Source: Wigglesworthia glossinidia endosymbiont of Glossina morsitans morsitans (Yale colony) | Lineage (GTDB): Bacteria; Pseudomonadota; Gammaproteobacteria; Enterobacterales; Enterobacteriaceae | DNA length: 32,000 nucleotides | Direction of reading: 5' to 3' | Assembly (NCBI RefSeq): GCF_000247565.1 | Contig: NC_016893.1 | Coordinates: forward strand, 480,001 to 512,000 | Shown here: positions 10,029 through 20,904 of the stretch, one piece after another | Position numbering within the stretch: the first letter of the stretch is position 1 | How the letters are laid out: every line of letters starts with the position of its first letter | The notes under the pieces: generated by a model | Databases searched by the model: none | Told to the model about the DNA's origin: nothing | Seen by the model: only the letters and a program-made list of their open reading frames with translations | Position numbers and translations under genes: made by a program

Positions 10029-11153
10029 ATGGCAAAATCAGACTATTATGCAAGTTTAGGTATTTCTAAAAACGCAAGCGAACGCGAAATAAAAAAAGCG
10101 TATAAAAGATTAGCTGTTAAATTTCATCCTGATCGAAATCCAGGAAATGCTCAAGCGGAATCAAAATTTAAAGAAATTAAAGAAGCTTATGAAATTTTAA
10201 TAGACTCTAAAAAACGTGCAGCATATGATCAATACGGACATACAGCATTCGATCAAAACACTTCGCATACAGAATTTACGTCTAGTGCAGATTTTAGCGA
10301 TATTTTTGGAGATGTATTTGGAGATATTTTTGGAAATAATAAGCGTACTCGAAATAATCGCGGATCAGATTTGCAATACAATATCAGTTTATCTCTAGAA
10401 GAAGCAGTACGTGGAATTATTAAAGAAGTACGAATTCCTACCTTAGAAAGATGCAATGTTTGTTCTGGTAATGGAGCACAACCAGGAACAACCCCAAAAA
10501 CATGTTCTACATGTAACGGTCAAGGACAAATACAAATGCGACAAGGTTTTTTTGCAGTGCAACAAACCTGTCCTACATGTCGAGGAAAATGTAAAATTAT
10601 TAAATATCCTTGCAGATATTGTTTCGGTCAAGGTCGCGTGGAAAAAGCAAAAAAACTTTCAGTAAGAATTCCAGCAGGAGTTGACAATGGAGATAAAATT
10701 CGCCTTTCTGGGGAAGGCGAAGCAGGTGTATTAGGAGGTACAAAAGGAGATTTGTATGTACAAATTTCAGTAAAAGAACATCCAATATTTAAAAGAGAAG
10801 AAAATAATTTATATTGTGAAGTGCCTATTAATTTTACAATGGCTGCATTAGGGGGCGATATTGAGGTTCCAGCACTAGACGGAAGAGTAAAACTGAGAAT
10901 TCCGTCAGAAACTCAAACTGGAAGATTATTTCGTATGCGAGGCAAGGGAGTAAAATCTATTAGAAGTGGATATCAAGGAGATCTGTTATGTAGAGTAGTC
11001 GTTGAAACACCGGTAAAATTAAATGAACGTCAAAAATATCTTTTAAAAGAATTAGGATTAAGTTTTTCTAGTCATTCAGGAATAAATAATAGTCCTAGGT
11101 CAAAAAGTTTTTTTGATGGAGTAAAAAAATTTTTTGATGGATTAACTAATTAA
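10029..11153 (+). CDS. dnaJ: Co-chaperone DnaJ (Hsp40)
   Basis: 374 aa; J-domain with HPD, four zinc-binding CxxC repeats; follows dnaK. Confidence 0.98.
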   Translation: MAKSDYYASLGISKNASEREIKKAYKRLAVKFHPDRNPGNAQAESKFKEIKEAYEILIDSKKRAAYDQYGHTAFDQNTSHTEFTSSADFSDIFGDVFGDIFGNNKRTRNNRGSDLQYNISLSLEEAVRGIIKEVRIPTLERCNVCSGNGAQPGTTPKTCSTCNGQGQIQMRQGFFAVQQTCPTCRGKCKIIKYPCRYCFGQGRVEKAKKLSVRIPAGVDNGDKIRLSGEGEAGVLGGTKGDLYVQISVKEHPIFKREENNLYCEVPINFTMAALGGDIEVPALDGRVKLRIPSETQTGRLFRMRGKGVKSIRSGYQGDLLCRVVVETPVKLNERQKYLLKELGLSFSSHSGINNSPRSKSFFDGVKKFFDGLTN

Positions 11154-11214
11154 AATGATTATGACATTTTTAATAAAACATTATTATACAAATTTTTTTA
11201 AAAATACTTGACTT

Positions 11215-12411
11215 ATGTTAAAACAAAATACTTTCAATTTTTTAAAAAATCCAGTTTTTGGAGAATTACTATTAATATTTTGTTGTACATTAGCAATTTT
11301 TATGACAAATAGTAATTTTTTAAATTTATACAAAGATATTATTAATTATCCAATATTTAAATTTTATTCACACTATGAAAATTTTACAATATTAGATTTA
11401 GTAAACAATATCTTAATGACATTATTTTTTTTAGAAATAGGAATAGAAATCAAGCACGAAATACTTTTTGGTGCTTTAAACAATAAATCAAAAGCGATAT
11501 TACCGGGGATTGCCGCACTTGGAGGCATGATCATTCCAGCTTTAGTTTACAGTTTAACTACCATGAAAGAAAATAATATCATTCAATCGGGATGGGCTAT
11601 TTCTATAGCTACAGACATAGTATTCGCTGTTGGAATTTTAAGGATGTTAGGCAATAAAATTCCGCATAGTCTTATAGTATTTTTACTCGCTTTAGCAATT
11701 TTTGATGATATAGGTGCAATATTAGCTATTGCGTTATTTTATAGCAGCAAAATAAATCAGAGTATGATTTTATGTTCTTTCGGAATAATATTAATTTTAT
11801 TTTTATTAAATTTTTATAAAATAAAATACTTAACTATTTATTGTATTTTAGGAGTTTCATTATGGGTGTTCATATTTTTTTCAGGTATTCATGCAACTTT
11901 GTCGGGAATTATTTTAGGCGTTATATTACCGCATCAATCTTCAATAAATAAAAATTATTTTAATGCTATTTTCTATTTTAAAAAATTATTAAGCAAACTA
12001 ACAAAATATTGCATATTACCATGTTTTGCTTTTGTAAATTCTGGTATTCATGTTAATAATATATCTTATGATATGATGTTTTCTTCTTTAACGATTGGAA
12101 TTTTTTTAGGATTAGTATTTGGAAAACCTGTTGGAGTATTTATTTTTTCATATTTATCTATTCTATGCAAATTTTCTAAATTACCTACTGGAATTTCCTT
12201 AAAAGAAATATTCGGAGTTTCACTTTTATGTGGTATAGGATTTACTATGTCAATCTTTATTTCTAATTTAGCATTTTCTGATATATATATAAAAAATCTC
12301 GAATTAGCAAAATTCAGCGTATTATTATCGTCGCTAATCTCAGGAGTTTCGGGATTTTTATTTTTATATAAAATATATAAAAATAAAAAAGTTAATAAAC
12401 GAATAATTTAA
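11215..12411 (+). CDS. nhaA: Na+/H+ antiporter NhaA
   Basis: 398 aa; FFLEIGIEIKHEILFGAL, GWAISIATDIVFAVGIL, LLALAIFDDIGAILAIALFY (paired Asp retained), GIGFTMSIFISNLAF; ancestral dnaJ-nhaA-rpsT order. Confidence 0.96.
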   Translation: MLKQNTFNFLKNPVFGELLLIFCCTLAIFMTNSNFLNLYKDIINYPIFKFYSHYENFTILDLVNNILMTLFFLEIGIEIKHEILFGALNNKSKAILPGIAALGGMIIPALVYSLTTMKENNIIQSGWAISIATDIVFAVGILRMLGNKIPHSLIVFLLALAIFDDIGAILAIALFYSSKINQSMILCSFGIILILFLLNFYKIKYLTIYCILGVSLWVFIFFSGIHATLSGIILGVILPHQSSINKNYFNAIFYFKKLLSKLTKYCILPCFAFVNSGIHVNNISYDMMFSSLTIGIFLGLVFGKPVGVFIFSYLSILCKFSKLPTGISLKEIFGVSLLCGIGFTMSIFISNLAFSDIYIKNLELAKFSVLLSSLISGVSGFLFLYKIYKNKKVNKRII

Positions 12412-12413
12412 AA

Positions 12414-12686
12414 TTAATTTAATTTTGAAATTAATTTAATTTTTTTAGATAATCTTGATTTGTATCGAGAAGCTACATTTTTATGAATTAAACCTTTTTG
12501 AGAATATTTATCAACAATAGACTGCATAGCTTTAAAAGCTGCTTTAGCAGATTCTTCATTTTTATTTAAAATTTCAATGTTTACTTTTTTTATAAAACTA
12601 CGCACCATTGATTTTTGACCAGCGTTCTTACGGCGTTTTTTTTCGGATTGAATTGCTCTTTTTTTTGCAGATTTTATATTAGACAA
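12414..12686 (-). CDS. rpsT: 30S ribosomal protein S20 (probable TTG start at 12686)
   Basis: SNIKSAKKRAIQSEKKRRKNAGQKSMVRSFIKK...KGLIHKNVASRYKSRLSKKI; GAGGAG located 7 nt before TTG at 12686-12684. The track ORF extends to another TTG at 12701 that overlaps the Shine-Dalgarno. Confidence 0.93.
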   Translation of the reverse strand: MSNIKSAKKRAIQSEKKRRKNAGQKSMVRSFIKKVNIEILNKNEESAKAAFKAMQSIVDKYSQKGLIHKNVASRYKSRLSKKIKLISKLN

Positions 12687-12904
12687 CTGAATACTCCTCA
12701 AAAGTAATAATATAACTATTATATTAATTAAAGATAATAAGAATTAATTATTTTAGAAAATTAATATATAAAATATTTATATCATGAATTTAAAAAAAAT
12801 TTTTTATTAATACAAAACTCAAAATTTTTTACTTACATATTTAAAATATTTTATATTATAATATTTTTTATTTTTATCATCTACTTTTTATTTTATTTAA
12901 AAAC

Positions 12905-13843
12905 ATGAAAATTCGACATGCTCGAAAAATATCTACAATCAAACAGTATCATGATAAATCTATCATTACAATTGGTAATTTTGACGGAGTACATTTAGGA
13001 CATCAAAAAATAATAAAACAATTAAAACTAGAAAGTATAAAAAGAAATCTTTCAATGATATTACTAGTTTTTGAACCTCAACCAAAAGAATATTTGTCCA
13101 AATTTGCTCCAAAAAGAATTACGATATTACGTGATAAAATAAAATATTTTAAGCATTTAGGTATTACTCAAGTAATTTGTATTAATTTTAACAAATATTT
13201 TGCAAAATTACATGCAGAATATTTCATTAAAGAATTTTTAGTACGTATATTAAATACAAAATGTATAGTAATTGGAGAAAATTTTAGGTTTGGTTATAAA
13301 GCGCAAGGAGATATCGATTTGCTTAAATTGCAAGGGAAAAAATTAGGATTTGATGTCATAATAGTAGCAACATCTAAGATATATCATCAACGAATTAGTA
13401 GCACTAAAATCAGAAAAGCTTTAAAAAAAAATGATTTGCAATATGCAGAAAACATGTTAGGTCATACGTATTGCATTTCAGGGAAAGTTATACACGGAAA
13501 TGCTATTGGAAGAACTATAGGAATTCCAACAATTAATATTTCTTTGAAGAATAAAAAATTAGCTGTTAATGGCGTATATGCAGTAGAATTAAATGGTATT
13601 AACAAAAATGTTGTGCATGGAGTTGCTAATATCGGTATCAGACCAACATTTTCTGGAATAAAACAAAACATAGAAGTTCATCTTTTGAATATAGATGGTA
13701 ATTTTTATTCTAAACATGTTGAAATTATAATAAAAAAAAAGATCAGAGAAGAAAATCAATTTGCATCTTTATCTAAATTAAAAAAACAAATTTTAGCTGA
13801 TATTAAAAATGTTAATAATTATTTTATAAATAAAAATATATAA
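12905..13843 (+). CDS. ribF: Bifunctional riboflavin kinase/FAD synthetase
   Basis: 312 aa; ITIGNFDGVHLGHQKII, GENFRFGYKAQGD, GNAIGRTIGIPTINI, VYAVEL, VANIGIRPTF. Confidence 0.96.
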   Translation: MKIRHARKISTIKQYHDKSIITIGNFDGVHLGHQKIIKQLKLESIKRNLSMILLVFEPQPKEYLSKFAPKRITILRDKIKYFKHLGITQVICINFNKYFAKLHAEYFIKEFLVRILNTKCIVIGENFRFGYKAQGDIDLLKLQGKKLGFDVIIVATSKIYHQRISSTKIRKALKKNDLQYAENMLGHTYCISGKVIHGNAIGRTIGIPTINISLKNKKLAVNGVYAVELNGINKNVVHGVANIGIRPTFSGIKQNIEVHLLNIDGNFYSKHVEIIIKKKIREENQFASLSKLKKQILADIKNVNNYFINKNI

Positions 13844-13855
13844 GGTAAAAAATTT

Positions 13856-16666
13856 ATGAACGATTACAAAAATACGTTGAATCTACCTAATACTAAATTT
13901 AAAATGCGCGCTAATTTAGTAAAATTAGAACAAGAAATATTAACATTGTGGTATCAGAACAACTTGTATAATAAAATCAGAGAATCTAAAAAAGGAAAAA
14001 AAAAGTTCTTTTTGCATGACGGTCCTCCATATGCTAATGGAAACATTCATATTGGTCACGCAGTAAATAAAATCTTAAAAGATATAATTATTAAATATCA
14101 GTCATTGTCTGGATATGATGCTCCATATTTACCAGGATGGGATTGTCACGGATTACCTATTGAATTACAAGTAGAAAAAAAAATTGGAACTCCAACAGAT
14201 CTAGCAAGTGCTAAAATTTTTAGAAAGAAATGTCGTTCTTATGCTTTAAAACAAATAAAAAAACAAAAAAAAGATTTTATTCGTATAGGTGTTTTAGGAG
14301 ATTGGAAGAATGCATATATAACGATGAATTTTGAAACAGAAGCAAATATTATAAGAACATTAAATAAAATAATTAAAAAAAAATATGTATACCAAGGTAT
14401 TAAACCAGTCCATTGGTGCATAAATTGCAAATCAGCTTTGGCTGAAACAGAAGTGAGTTATTCCACAAAAGAATCATTAGCTATGGATGTAGCTTTTTCA
14501 GCTTTTTGCATGAGTTCAGTAAAAAAAATCTTTAAATTAAAAAATTCACATAATTTATCTGATATTAAAATATTAATTTGGACTACCACACCTTGGACTC
14601 TTGTAGCAAATCGAGCAATTGCTGTACATGAAAATTATGAATATGTTGCAATAAAAGTTAATCAAGAACTATTAATTATCGCAGATCTTTTAGTTAAATC
14701 AGTAACTAAACGATTGAAAATAAATAAAATTGAAATTATTGGAAAAACTTTAGGAAAAGAATTAAACAATTTGATTTTTACTAATCCATTAACAAATGTA
14801 AATGTACCTATTATAATAAGTAAACATGTAACTTTAGATTTAGGATCCGGAGCTGTACATATTGCACCTGCTTATGGAGAAGATGATTATAAAATCAGCA
14901 AAAAACATAATCTTGAAATATATGATCCAATATCTTTAGATGGGAACTATTTATTAAATAATTTACCGTCTTTAGACGGATTAAATATTTTTACAGTAGA
15001 TAAAAAAATAAATAATTTATTAAAAAATAAAAATGCATTATATAGTTCGGATAATATTCAACATAGTTATCCTCATTGTTGGAGACATAAAATACCAACT
15101 TTTTTTCGTGCTACTAAGCAATGGTTTATAAATATGAATCATAATCAACTACGTCAAAAAGTTATTGCAGAAATTAAAAAAATTAGTTGGGTACCCTACT
15201 ATGGTATGGAGCAAATTACAAATTTAGTATTAAATCGTCCTGATTGGTGCATTTCTCGACAACGTATCTGGGGAATCCCAATATCTATCTTTGTTAATAA
15301 AGATAACGAAAGTATACATCCTAAAAATTTTGAATTAATAGAAAAAGTCTCAAAAAAAATAAAAATTCATGGAATTCAAGCTTGGTGGGATTTAAATAAA
15401 AATGAATTATTAGGCAATGAAAAAAACGTTTACAAACAAATTACAGATACATTAGATGTATGGTTCGATTCGGGTTCTACTTACGATTCTATATTAAGAA
15501 AAAAATGGTTATTTTTAAAAAATAATCCAGTAGACATGTATTTGGAAGGTTCAGATCAATATAGAGGGTGGTTTATGTCTTCTATTGTTTTATCAACAGC
15601 AATCACAGGACATAGACCATGTAAAACTATTTTAGCACATGGTTTTGTGGTAGATTCAAAAGGAAGAAAAATGTCTAAATCTGCTGGTAATATTGTATCT
15701 CCAAACTCTATTATTGAAAAATTTGGAGCAGATATTTTACGTCTTTGGGTAGCTTCTAATGATTATAAATCAGATATGCACATTTCAGAAGAAATCATTC
15801 AGCGTTCTGTAGATATATATCGTCGTATTAGAAATACTATACGTTTTTTATTATCTAATACTAATGATTTCAATCCTAACGAAGATTTAATTGCTATAAA
15901 CGATATGCTCAGTATAGATCAATGGGCATTAATGAAAACTAAAAAAAAACAGAAAGAAATCATTTTTTCATATAAAAAATATCACTTTTATGAAGTTATA
16001 AAAAAAATTATCGAATTTTGTTCGACAGATATGGGTTCTTTTTATCTTGATATTGTTAAAGATCGTCAATATACAAATTTTAAAACAAGCTTATCGCGTC
16101 GAAGTTGTCAAACAACATTATATTACATTTTAGAATCGATTGTACGTTGGATTATGCCCATTTTACCTTTTACAGCACATGAAGTTTGGCAATATATTCC
16201 TGGTAATCGTTCAAAATACATTTTTACAGAAGAATGGTATAACAAAATTTTAGAAATCAAATGTAACAATCGCATTACAAAAATTATTTGGAATATTTTA
16301 AATAATCTTCGGGCAAAAATTAATAAAATGATTGAATATAAACGTAAAGAAAAAAAAATTCACAGTTCATTAGAAGTTAAAGTTATTATATATTTGGATG
16401 AAAGTATTTTAAATAAAATAATTTTCTTAAAAAAAGAACTACATTTCTTTTTCTTAGTTTCTGAAGTTGTACTAAAAAACTATTGTGATGAATTGAAAAA
16501 TTCTGATATTGCTAGTGAAAATAAAAGATTAAAAATTTATATAGAAAAATCCGAAGGTCAAAAATGTTTAAGATGTTGGCATTATACTAATTTGATAGAA
16601 AAAGACATATGTGAACGTTGCACAAATAATATTGCAGGAAATTCAGAGATACGTAATTTTTTTTAA
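13856..16666 (+). CDS. ileS: Isoleucyl-tRNA synthetase
   Basis: 936 aa; HDGPPYANGNIHIGHA, PGWDCHGLPIE, DWCISRQRIWGIP, KMSKSAGN, C-terminal Zn motif CLRCWHYT...CERC. Confidence 0.98.
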   Translation: MNDYKNTLNLPNTKFKMRANLVKLEQEILTLWYQNNLYNKIRESKKGKKKFFLHDGPPYANGNIHIGHAVNKILKDIIIKYQSLSGYDAPYLPGWDCHGLPIELQVEKKIGTPTDLASAKIFRKKCRSYALKQIKKQKKDFIRIGVLGDWKNAYITMNFETEANIIRTLNKIIKKKYVYQGIKPVHWCINCKSALAETEVSYSTKESLAMDVAFSAFCMSSVKKIFKLKNSHNLSDIKILIWTTTPWTLVANRAIAVHENYEYVAIKVNQELLIIADLLVKSVTKRLKINKIEIIGKTLGKELNNLIFTNPLTNVNVPIIISKHVTLDLGSGAVHIAPAYGEDDYKISKKHNLEIYDPISLDGNYLLNNLPSLDGLNIFTVDKKINNLLKNKNALYSSDNIQHSYPHCWRHKIPTFFRATKQWFINMNHNQLRQKVIAEIKKISWVPYYGMEQITNLVLNRPDWCISRQRIWGIPISIFVNKDNESIHPKNFELIEKVSKKIKIHGIQAWWDLNKNELLGNEKNVYKQITDTLDVWFDSGSTYDSILRKKWLFLKNNPVDMYLEGSDQYRGWFMSSIVLSTAITGHRPCKTILAHGFVVDSKGRKMSKSAGNIVSPNSIIEKFGADILRLWVASNDYKSDMHISEEIIQRSVDIYRRIRNTIRFLLSNTNDFNPNEDLIAINDMLSIDQWALMKTKKKQKEIIFSYKKYHFYEVIKKIIEFCSTDMGSFYLDIVKDRQYTNFKTSLSRRSCQTTLYYILESIVRWIMPILPFTAHEVWQYIPGNRSKYIFTEEWYNKILEIKCNNRITKIIWNILNNLRAKINKMIEYKRKEKKIHSSLEVKVIIYLDESILNKIIFLKKELHFFFLVSEVVLKNYCDELKNSDIASENKRLKIYIEKSEGQKCLRCWHYTNLIEKDICERCTNNIAGNSEIRNFF

Positions 16667-16678
16667 AATTATTAAAAT

Positions 16679-17149
16679 ATGAAAAAAATAAAATTTATAT
16701 TTATTGTTCTTATTATCTTTAGTGTAGATTTTTTTAGTAAAAAGTGGATTATTGACAATTTTTTAATAGAACAAAACGTTAATATTACTTCTATGATACG
16801 TTTAATACATTTACGTAATTCTGGAATTGCATTTGGATTGTTTCAATGTGAAACACATTGGCAATCTAAAGTTTTATTAATTATTTCTATTTTTATTTTA
16901 TTCGTTCTTTTAAAAATTTGTATCACATGTAAAAACAAATTAGATAAAATAAGTTATTCAATTATTTTAGGAGGCGCTTCAGGTAACATATATGATCGTA
17001 TTTTGTATGGATCAGTGACAGATTTTATCGATTTACATTTAGGTATTTGGCATTGGCCAGTGTTTAATATTGCAGATATTAGTATTTTAGTTGGAGCAGG
17101 TATGTTACTTTTAAAAAGTAATAATAAATTTATATTGAAATTTGAATAA
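16679..17149 (+). CDS. lspA: Lipoprotein signal peptidase
   Basis: 156 aa; LRNSGIAFGL, GGASGNIYDRILYGSVTDFIDLHLG, FNIADISI (catalytic Asp pair). Confidence 0.95.
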   Translation: MKKIKFIFIVLIIFSVDFFSKKWIIDNFLIEQNVNITSMIRLIHLRNSGIAFGLFQCETHWQSKVLLIISIFILFVLLKICITCKNKLDKISYSIILGGASGNIYDRILYGSVTDFIDLHLGIWHWPVFNIADISILVGAGMLLLKSNNKFILKFE

Positions 17150-17217
17150 ATTTTAATTTTTTTATTTTTTTATTTTTGTTATATTTTTATATTATCATTA
17201 AAATTTTAATAAATAAA

Positions 17218-18156
17218 ATGAAAATATTTTTAGCTAATCCAAGAGGAATGTGTGCAGGAGTAGAGCGAGCGATTAATATTGCAAATAATTCTTTAAAAAT
17301 ATATGGTCCTCCTATTTACATTCATCATGAATTAGTGCATAACAAATACGTAGTAGATTGCTTAAAACAAAAAGGCATGATTTTTGTTGAAAATATCAAA
17401 AATGTACCAAAAAATTCAATTTTAATTTTTTCTGCTCATGGAGTATCAAAAAGAGTTCAAAAATTAGCTCAAGAACGTTACTTAACAATATTAGACGCTA
17501 CATGTCCGTTAGTTAAAAAAGTGCATCATGAAGTATCTAAATCTAGCTTAAGAGGCAAAGAGGTAATTTTAATAGGTCATAAAAATCATCCAGAAGTGAT
17601 TGGAACACTTGGTCAATATGAAAATAAAAAAGGTAAAATTTATTTAATAGAATCTTTAAAAGATGTGCAAAAATTAAAAGTCAAAAATGTTGATAATTTG
17701 TGTTTTACTACACAAACTACTTTATCAATTGAAGAAACTTCTAAAATTATTTTAAAATTAAAAAAGAGATTTCCTAAAATTCATGGTCCACATAAACAAG
17801 ATATTTGTTTCGCTACTGAAAATAGACAAAATGCAGTTAAATTACTTATAAAATTTGTAGATATAATGTTAGTTGTTGGATCAAAAAACTCTTCGAATTC
17901 TAATCGATTGTTAGAATTAGCAAAAAAATCCAAGAAACCAGCATATTTAATTGATAATAATCAAGATCTTAATATTTTTTGGTTTAAAAATGTCAAAAAA
18001 ATTGGTATTACTTCTGGTGCATCAGCTCCAGAAATTTTAACTGAACAAATTATTTCTCATTTAAAACATGTTTTTAATTTTTCTATTTCTATATATAATG
18101 TTCCAGGAAAAAAAGAAAACGTCACTTTTTCCGTACCGAAAGAATTACAAATATAA
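17218..18156 (+). CDS. ispH: 4-hydroxy-3-methylbut-2-enyl diphosphate reductase
   Basis: MKIFLANPRGMCAGVERAI, YIHHELVHNKYVV, FSAHGVSK, DATCPLVKKVHHEV, VVGSKNSSNSNRL; the track ORF begins further upstream at 17176, the conserved start is ATG 17218. Confidence 0.96.
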   Translation: MKIFLANPRGMCAGVERAINIANNSLKIYGPPIYIHHELVHNKYVVDCLKQKGMIFVENIKNVPKNSILIFSAHGVSKRVQKLAQERYLTILDATCPLVKKVHHEVSKSSLRGKEVILIGHKNHPEVIGTLGQYENKKGKIYLIESLKDVQKLKVKNVDNLCFTTQTTLSIEETSKIILKLKKRFPKIHGPHKQDICFATENRQNAVKLLIKFVDIMLVVGSKNSSNSNRLLELAKKSKKPAYLIDNNQDLNIFWFKNVKKIGITSGASAPEILTEQIISHLKHVFNFSISIYNVPGKKENVTFSVPKELQI

Positions 18157-18178
18157 ATAAGAAGTTTATAAGATATAA

Positions 18179-19357
18179 TTAAGTTTGAATAAAAATTTTA
18201 TTAGCAGTATTTTGAGAGTTTAAAATAGATTCTTGAACTGTTTTAGAACGATCTAATAACACACCTAACCTACGAAAGCCATATATTTTTGGTTTGGAAA
18301 ATATACGAATTTGTTGATTTTTTTTTATTATTTCCAAATTGCTAAAACTAATCGAGTTTCCATATAAATTTTTACCGAATAAAACCGCAGAAGAAGATGG
18401 GCCGTAATGATTAATTTTATTTATTGGAATACCAAGAAAAGCACGAACATGTAAAGCAAATTCAGACAAATCTTGAGAAATTAATGTTACCATTCCTGTA
18501 TCATGAGGCCTAGGTGAAATTTCACTGAAGATTATTTTTTCCTTATATACGAAAAACTCTACTCCAAAAACTCCGTGTCCTCCTAATTGAGAAATTATTT
18601 TTTTGGAAATTTTCTTTGCTTTTTTCAAAACATCAACGCTCATTTTTTGAGGCTGCCAAGATGATTTATAATCTCCATTTTCTTGAAAATGCCCAATAGG
18701 CAGGCAAAAATGAATGCCATCGACAGAACTTACTGCAAGTAACGTAAATTCAAAATCAAAGGGTATATATTTTTCGATTATTACTTCTTGTTTCTGGACT
18801 CTGCCATATTTTTGAGATTTCTCCCATGCGACATCAATTTCATTTTCATGATTAATAAAACTTTGACCTTTACCCGAAGAACTCATTATTGGTTTAATAA
18901 TACATGGAAATCCTAAATTTTTTACGTTTTTTTTTGCTTCTTGGTAATTAGAAGCAAATTGATATTTAGAAGTAGGAATTCTTAATATTTTAGATGTTAG
19001 ATGCCGAATTAATTTTCGGTTCATAGTGGTATGTACAGCATATGCAGAAGGTACCACTCGATATCCATTTTTTTCTAATTTCACCAATGTATTTGTGTCA
19101 ATTGATTCAATTTCTGGAACAATAAAATTTGGTTGTTCAATGGTAATACAACGTTCTAATTCTTTTGCATTCAACATATCGATTATATGTTGACGATGTG
19201 CAACGTGCATTGCTGGGGCGTTAGAATAGCGATCAACAGCAATTACTTCCATGCCCATTCTTTGACATTCGATAGCAATTTCTTTGCCTAGTTCTCCAGA
19301 TCCTAATAGCATGACGCGTGTAGAATTTTTGCATAAAGCTGTTTTAATAGTAATCAT
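18179..19357 (-). CDS. purT: Formate-dependent phosphoribosylglycinamide formyltransferase (GART 2)
   Basis: 392 aa; VMLLGSGELGKEIAIECQRMGMEVIAVDRYSNAPAMHVAHR, PCIIKPIMSSSGKGQ, SEISPRPHDTGMVTLISQDLSEFALHVRAFLGIP. Confidence 0.97.
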   Translation of the reverse strand: MITIKTALCKNSTRVMLLGSGELGKEIAIECQRMGMEVIAVDRYSNAPAMHVAHRQHIIDMLNAKELERCITIEQPNFIVPEIESIDTNTLVKLEKNGYRVVPSAYAVHTTMNRKLIRHLTSKILRIPTSKYQFASNYQEAKKNVKNLGFPCIIKPIMSSSGKGQSFINHENEIDVAWEKSQKYGRVQKQEVIIEKYIPFDFEFTLLAVSSVDGIHFCLPIGHFQENGDYKSSWQPQKMSVDVLKKAKKISKKIISQLGGHGVFGVEFFVYKEKIIFSEISPRPHDTGMVTLISQDLSEFALHVRAFLGIPINKINHYGPSSSAVLFGKNLYGNSISFSNLEIIKKNQQIRIFSKPKIYGFRRLGVLLDRSKTVQESILNSQNTANKIFIQT

Positions 19358-19544
19358 ATAATGATTTAAAACGTATGATTTTTATAAAATTAAATTTTAT
19401 AAAATATATATATGATATGCAATATTTTTATTATAAAAAATAATTCATTAAAATAATGAGATTTATGTAATTTCATTATATAATAATAAAAATTTTTTAT
19501 ACATAAAATTTGTATTCATATTTTATAAAATAAGCACATTATAT

Positions 19545-20822
19545 ATGATTAATAAAATATTATACGCAATATATAATACTATAACATATTTTTTACAACC
19601 CATCTTACTATTAAGACTGCTAATTCGTGGATTAATAGATAGTAATTACTTTAAAAATTGGAAAGAACGTTATGGATTTTTAAAATTTTCTATTTTTGAA
19701 AAATGCATTTTAATACATTGCGTATCTTTAGGTGAAGTAAATTCAATTATACCATTAATAAAAATAATAAAAAAGAAACATATAAATGTACCAATCTTAC
19801 TAACTACTACTACTTTGACTGGTTTGAATCAAGCAAAAAAACAACTATTAAACTCGGTATATTATGCATATTTACCATATGATTTATTAAGCGTAATAAA
19901 AAGATTTTTCAAACACATAAATCCGAAATTAGTAATTCTTGTAGAAAGAGAAATATGGCCAAATTTAATTAAAGCATTATATTTAAAAAATATTCCGATT
20001 GTATTAGCTAATGCAAGATTGTCTGAAAGATCTTTTAAAAAGTATAAAAAAATTAAAATTTTTATTACAAATATTTTAAATTATATCAATATTATTGCTT
20101 CTCATAGTTATGAAGACGGCAGAAGATTTTTAGATTTGGGTATAAATAAAAAAAATCTAAAAATAATTGGTAATATTAAATTTGATATAAATTATACTTT
20201 TAATTTACGAAAAAAAACATATATAAATTTTATACGACAGAATTGTTGCGTATGGATTGCCGCTAGTACGCATCCGGGAGAAGAAAAAATTGTATTAAAA
20301 TTACACAAAAATTTATTAAAAAAATTTCCAAACTTAATATTAATTCTTGCTCCTAGGCATCCTGAAAGATTTAAAAAAGTATCTCGAATAATTAAAAAAT
20401 TTAAATTGAATTTTATTACTTACAAAAATAGAAACAATATTACTCCTTCTACAAATGTAATTTTGTATAACGAAATAGGAAAATTAGTACATTTTTATAA
20501 AATTTCAGATATAGCATTTATTGGAGGTAGTCTTTTAAATTATGGAGGGCATAATCCGATAGAAGCAGCAATAAATAAAGTACCTATAATTACAGGTCCA
20601 TTTGTCAGAAATTTTTATGATATTAATACAAAATTAAAGCAAAGCAACGCATTAATTATGGCAAATAATTATGATGAACTTATTGTATGGATGAAAATTT
20701 TACTATTTAATAAAGATTTACGTCTTGCATACGGATTACGAGCCTTCAAAACATGTTATAAATATCGAGGAGCATCAAATAACTTATTCCATTTAATTCA
20801 ACCATTTTTAAGAAATAACTAA
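19545..20822 (+). CDS. waaA: 3-deoxy-D-manno-octulosonic acid (Kdo) transferase
   Basis: 425 aa; HCVSLGEVNSIIPL, YLPYDLLSVIKRF, WPNLIKAL, ANARLSERS, APRHPERF, FIGGSLLNYGGHNPIEAA; followed by coaD as in Enterobacterales. Confidence 0.95.
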   Translation: MINKILYAIYNTITYFLQPILLLRLLIRGLIDSNYFKNWKERYGFLKFSIFEKCILIHCVSLGEVNSIIPLIKIIKKKHINVPILLTTTTLTGLNQAKKQLLNSVYYAYLPYDLLSVIKRFFKHINPKLVILVEREIWPNLIKALYLKNIPIVLANARLSERSFKKYKKIKIFITNILNYINIIASHSYEDGRRFLDLGINKKNLKIIGNIKFDINYTFNLRKKTYINFIRQNCCVWIAASTHPGEEKIVLKLHKNLLKKFPNLILILAPRHPERFKKVSRIIKKFKLNFITYKNRNNITPSTNVILYNEIGKLVHFYKISDIAFIGGSLLNYGGHNPIEAAINKVPIITGPFVRNFYDINTKLKQSNALIMANNYDELIVWMKILLFNKDLRLAYGLRAFKTCYKYRGASNNLFHLIQPFLRNN

Positions 20823-20904
20823 AAATTAAATTTTGTAAAATATTTGCGTAATATTTTTTTAAAAAATGTAATACATATAAATTCAATACAACTAGGTAAT
20901 ACTT

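Noticed and set aside
10216-10785. Five small ORFs overlapping dnaJ
   Set aside because: All overlap the conserved dnaJ reading frame in other frames or strands; no independent support.
13462-14430. Minus-strand ORFs 13462..13671 (in ribF) and 14239..14430 (in ileS)
   Set aside because: Antisense to clear conserved genes; hydrophobic antisense translation is expected from AT-rich codons.
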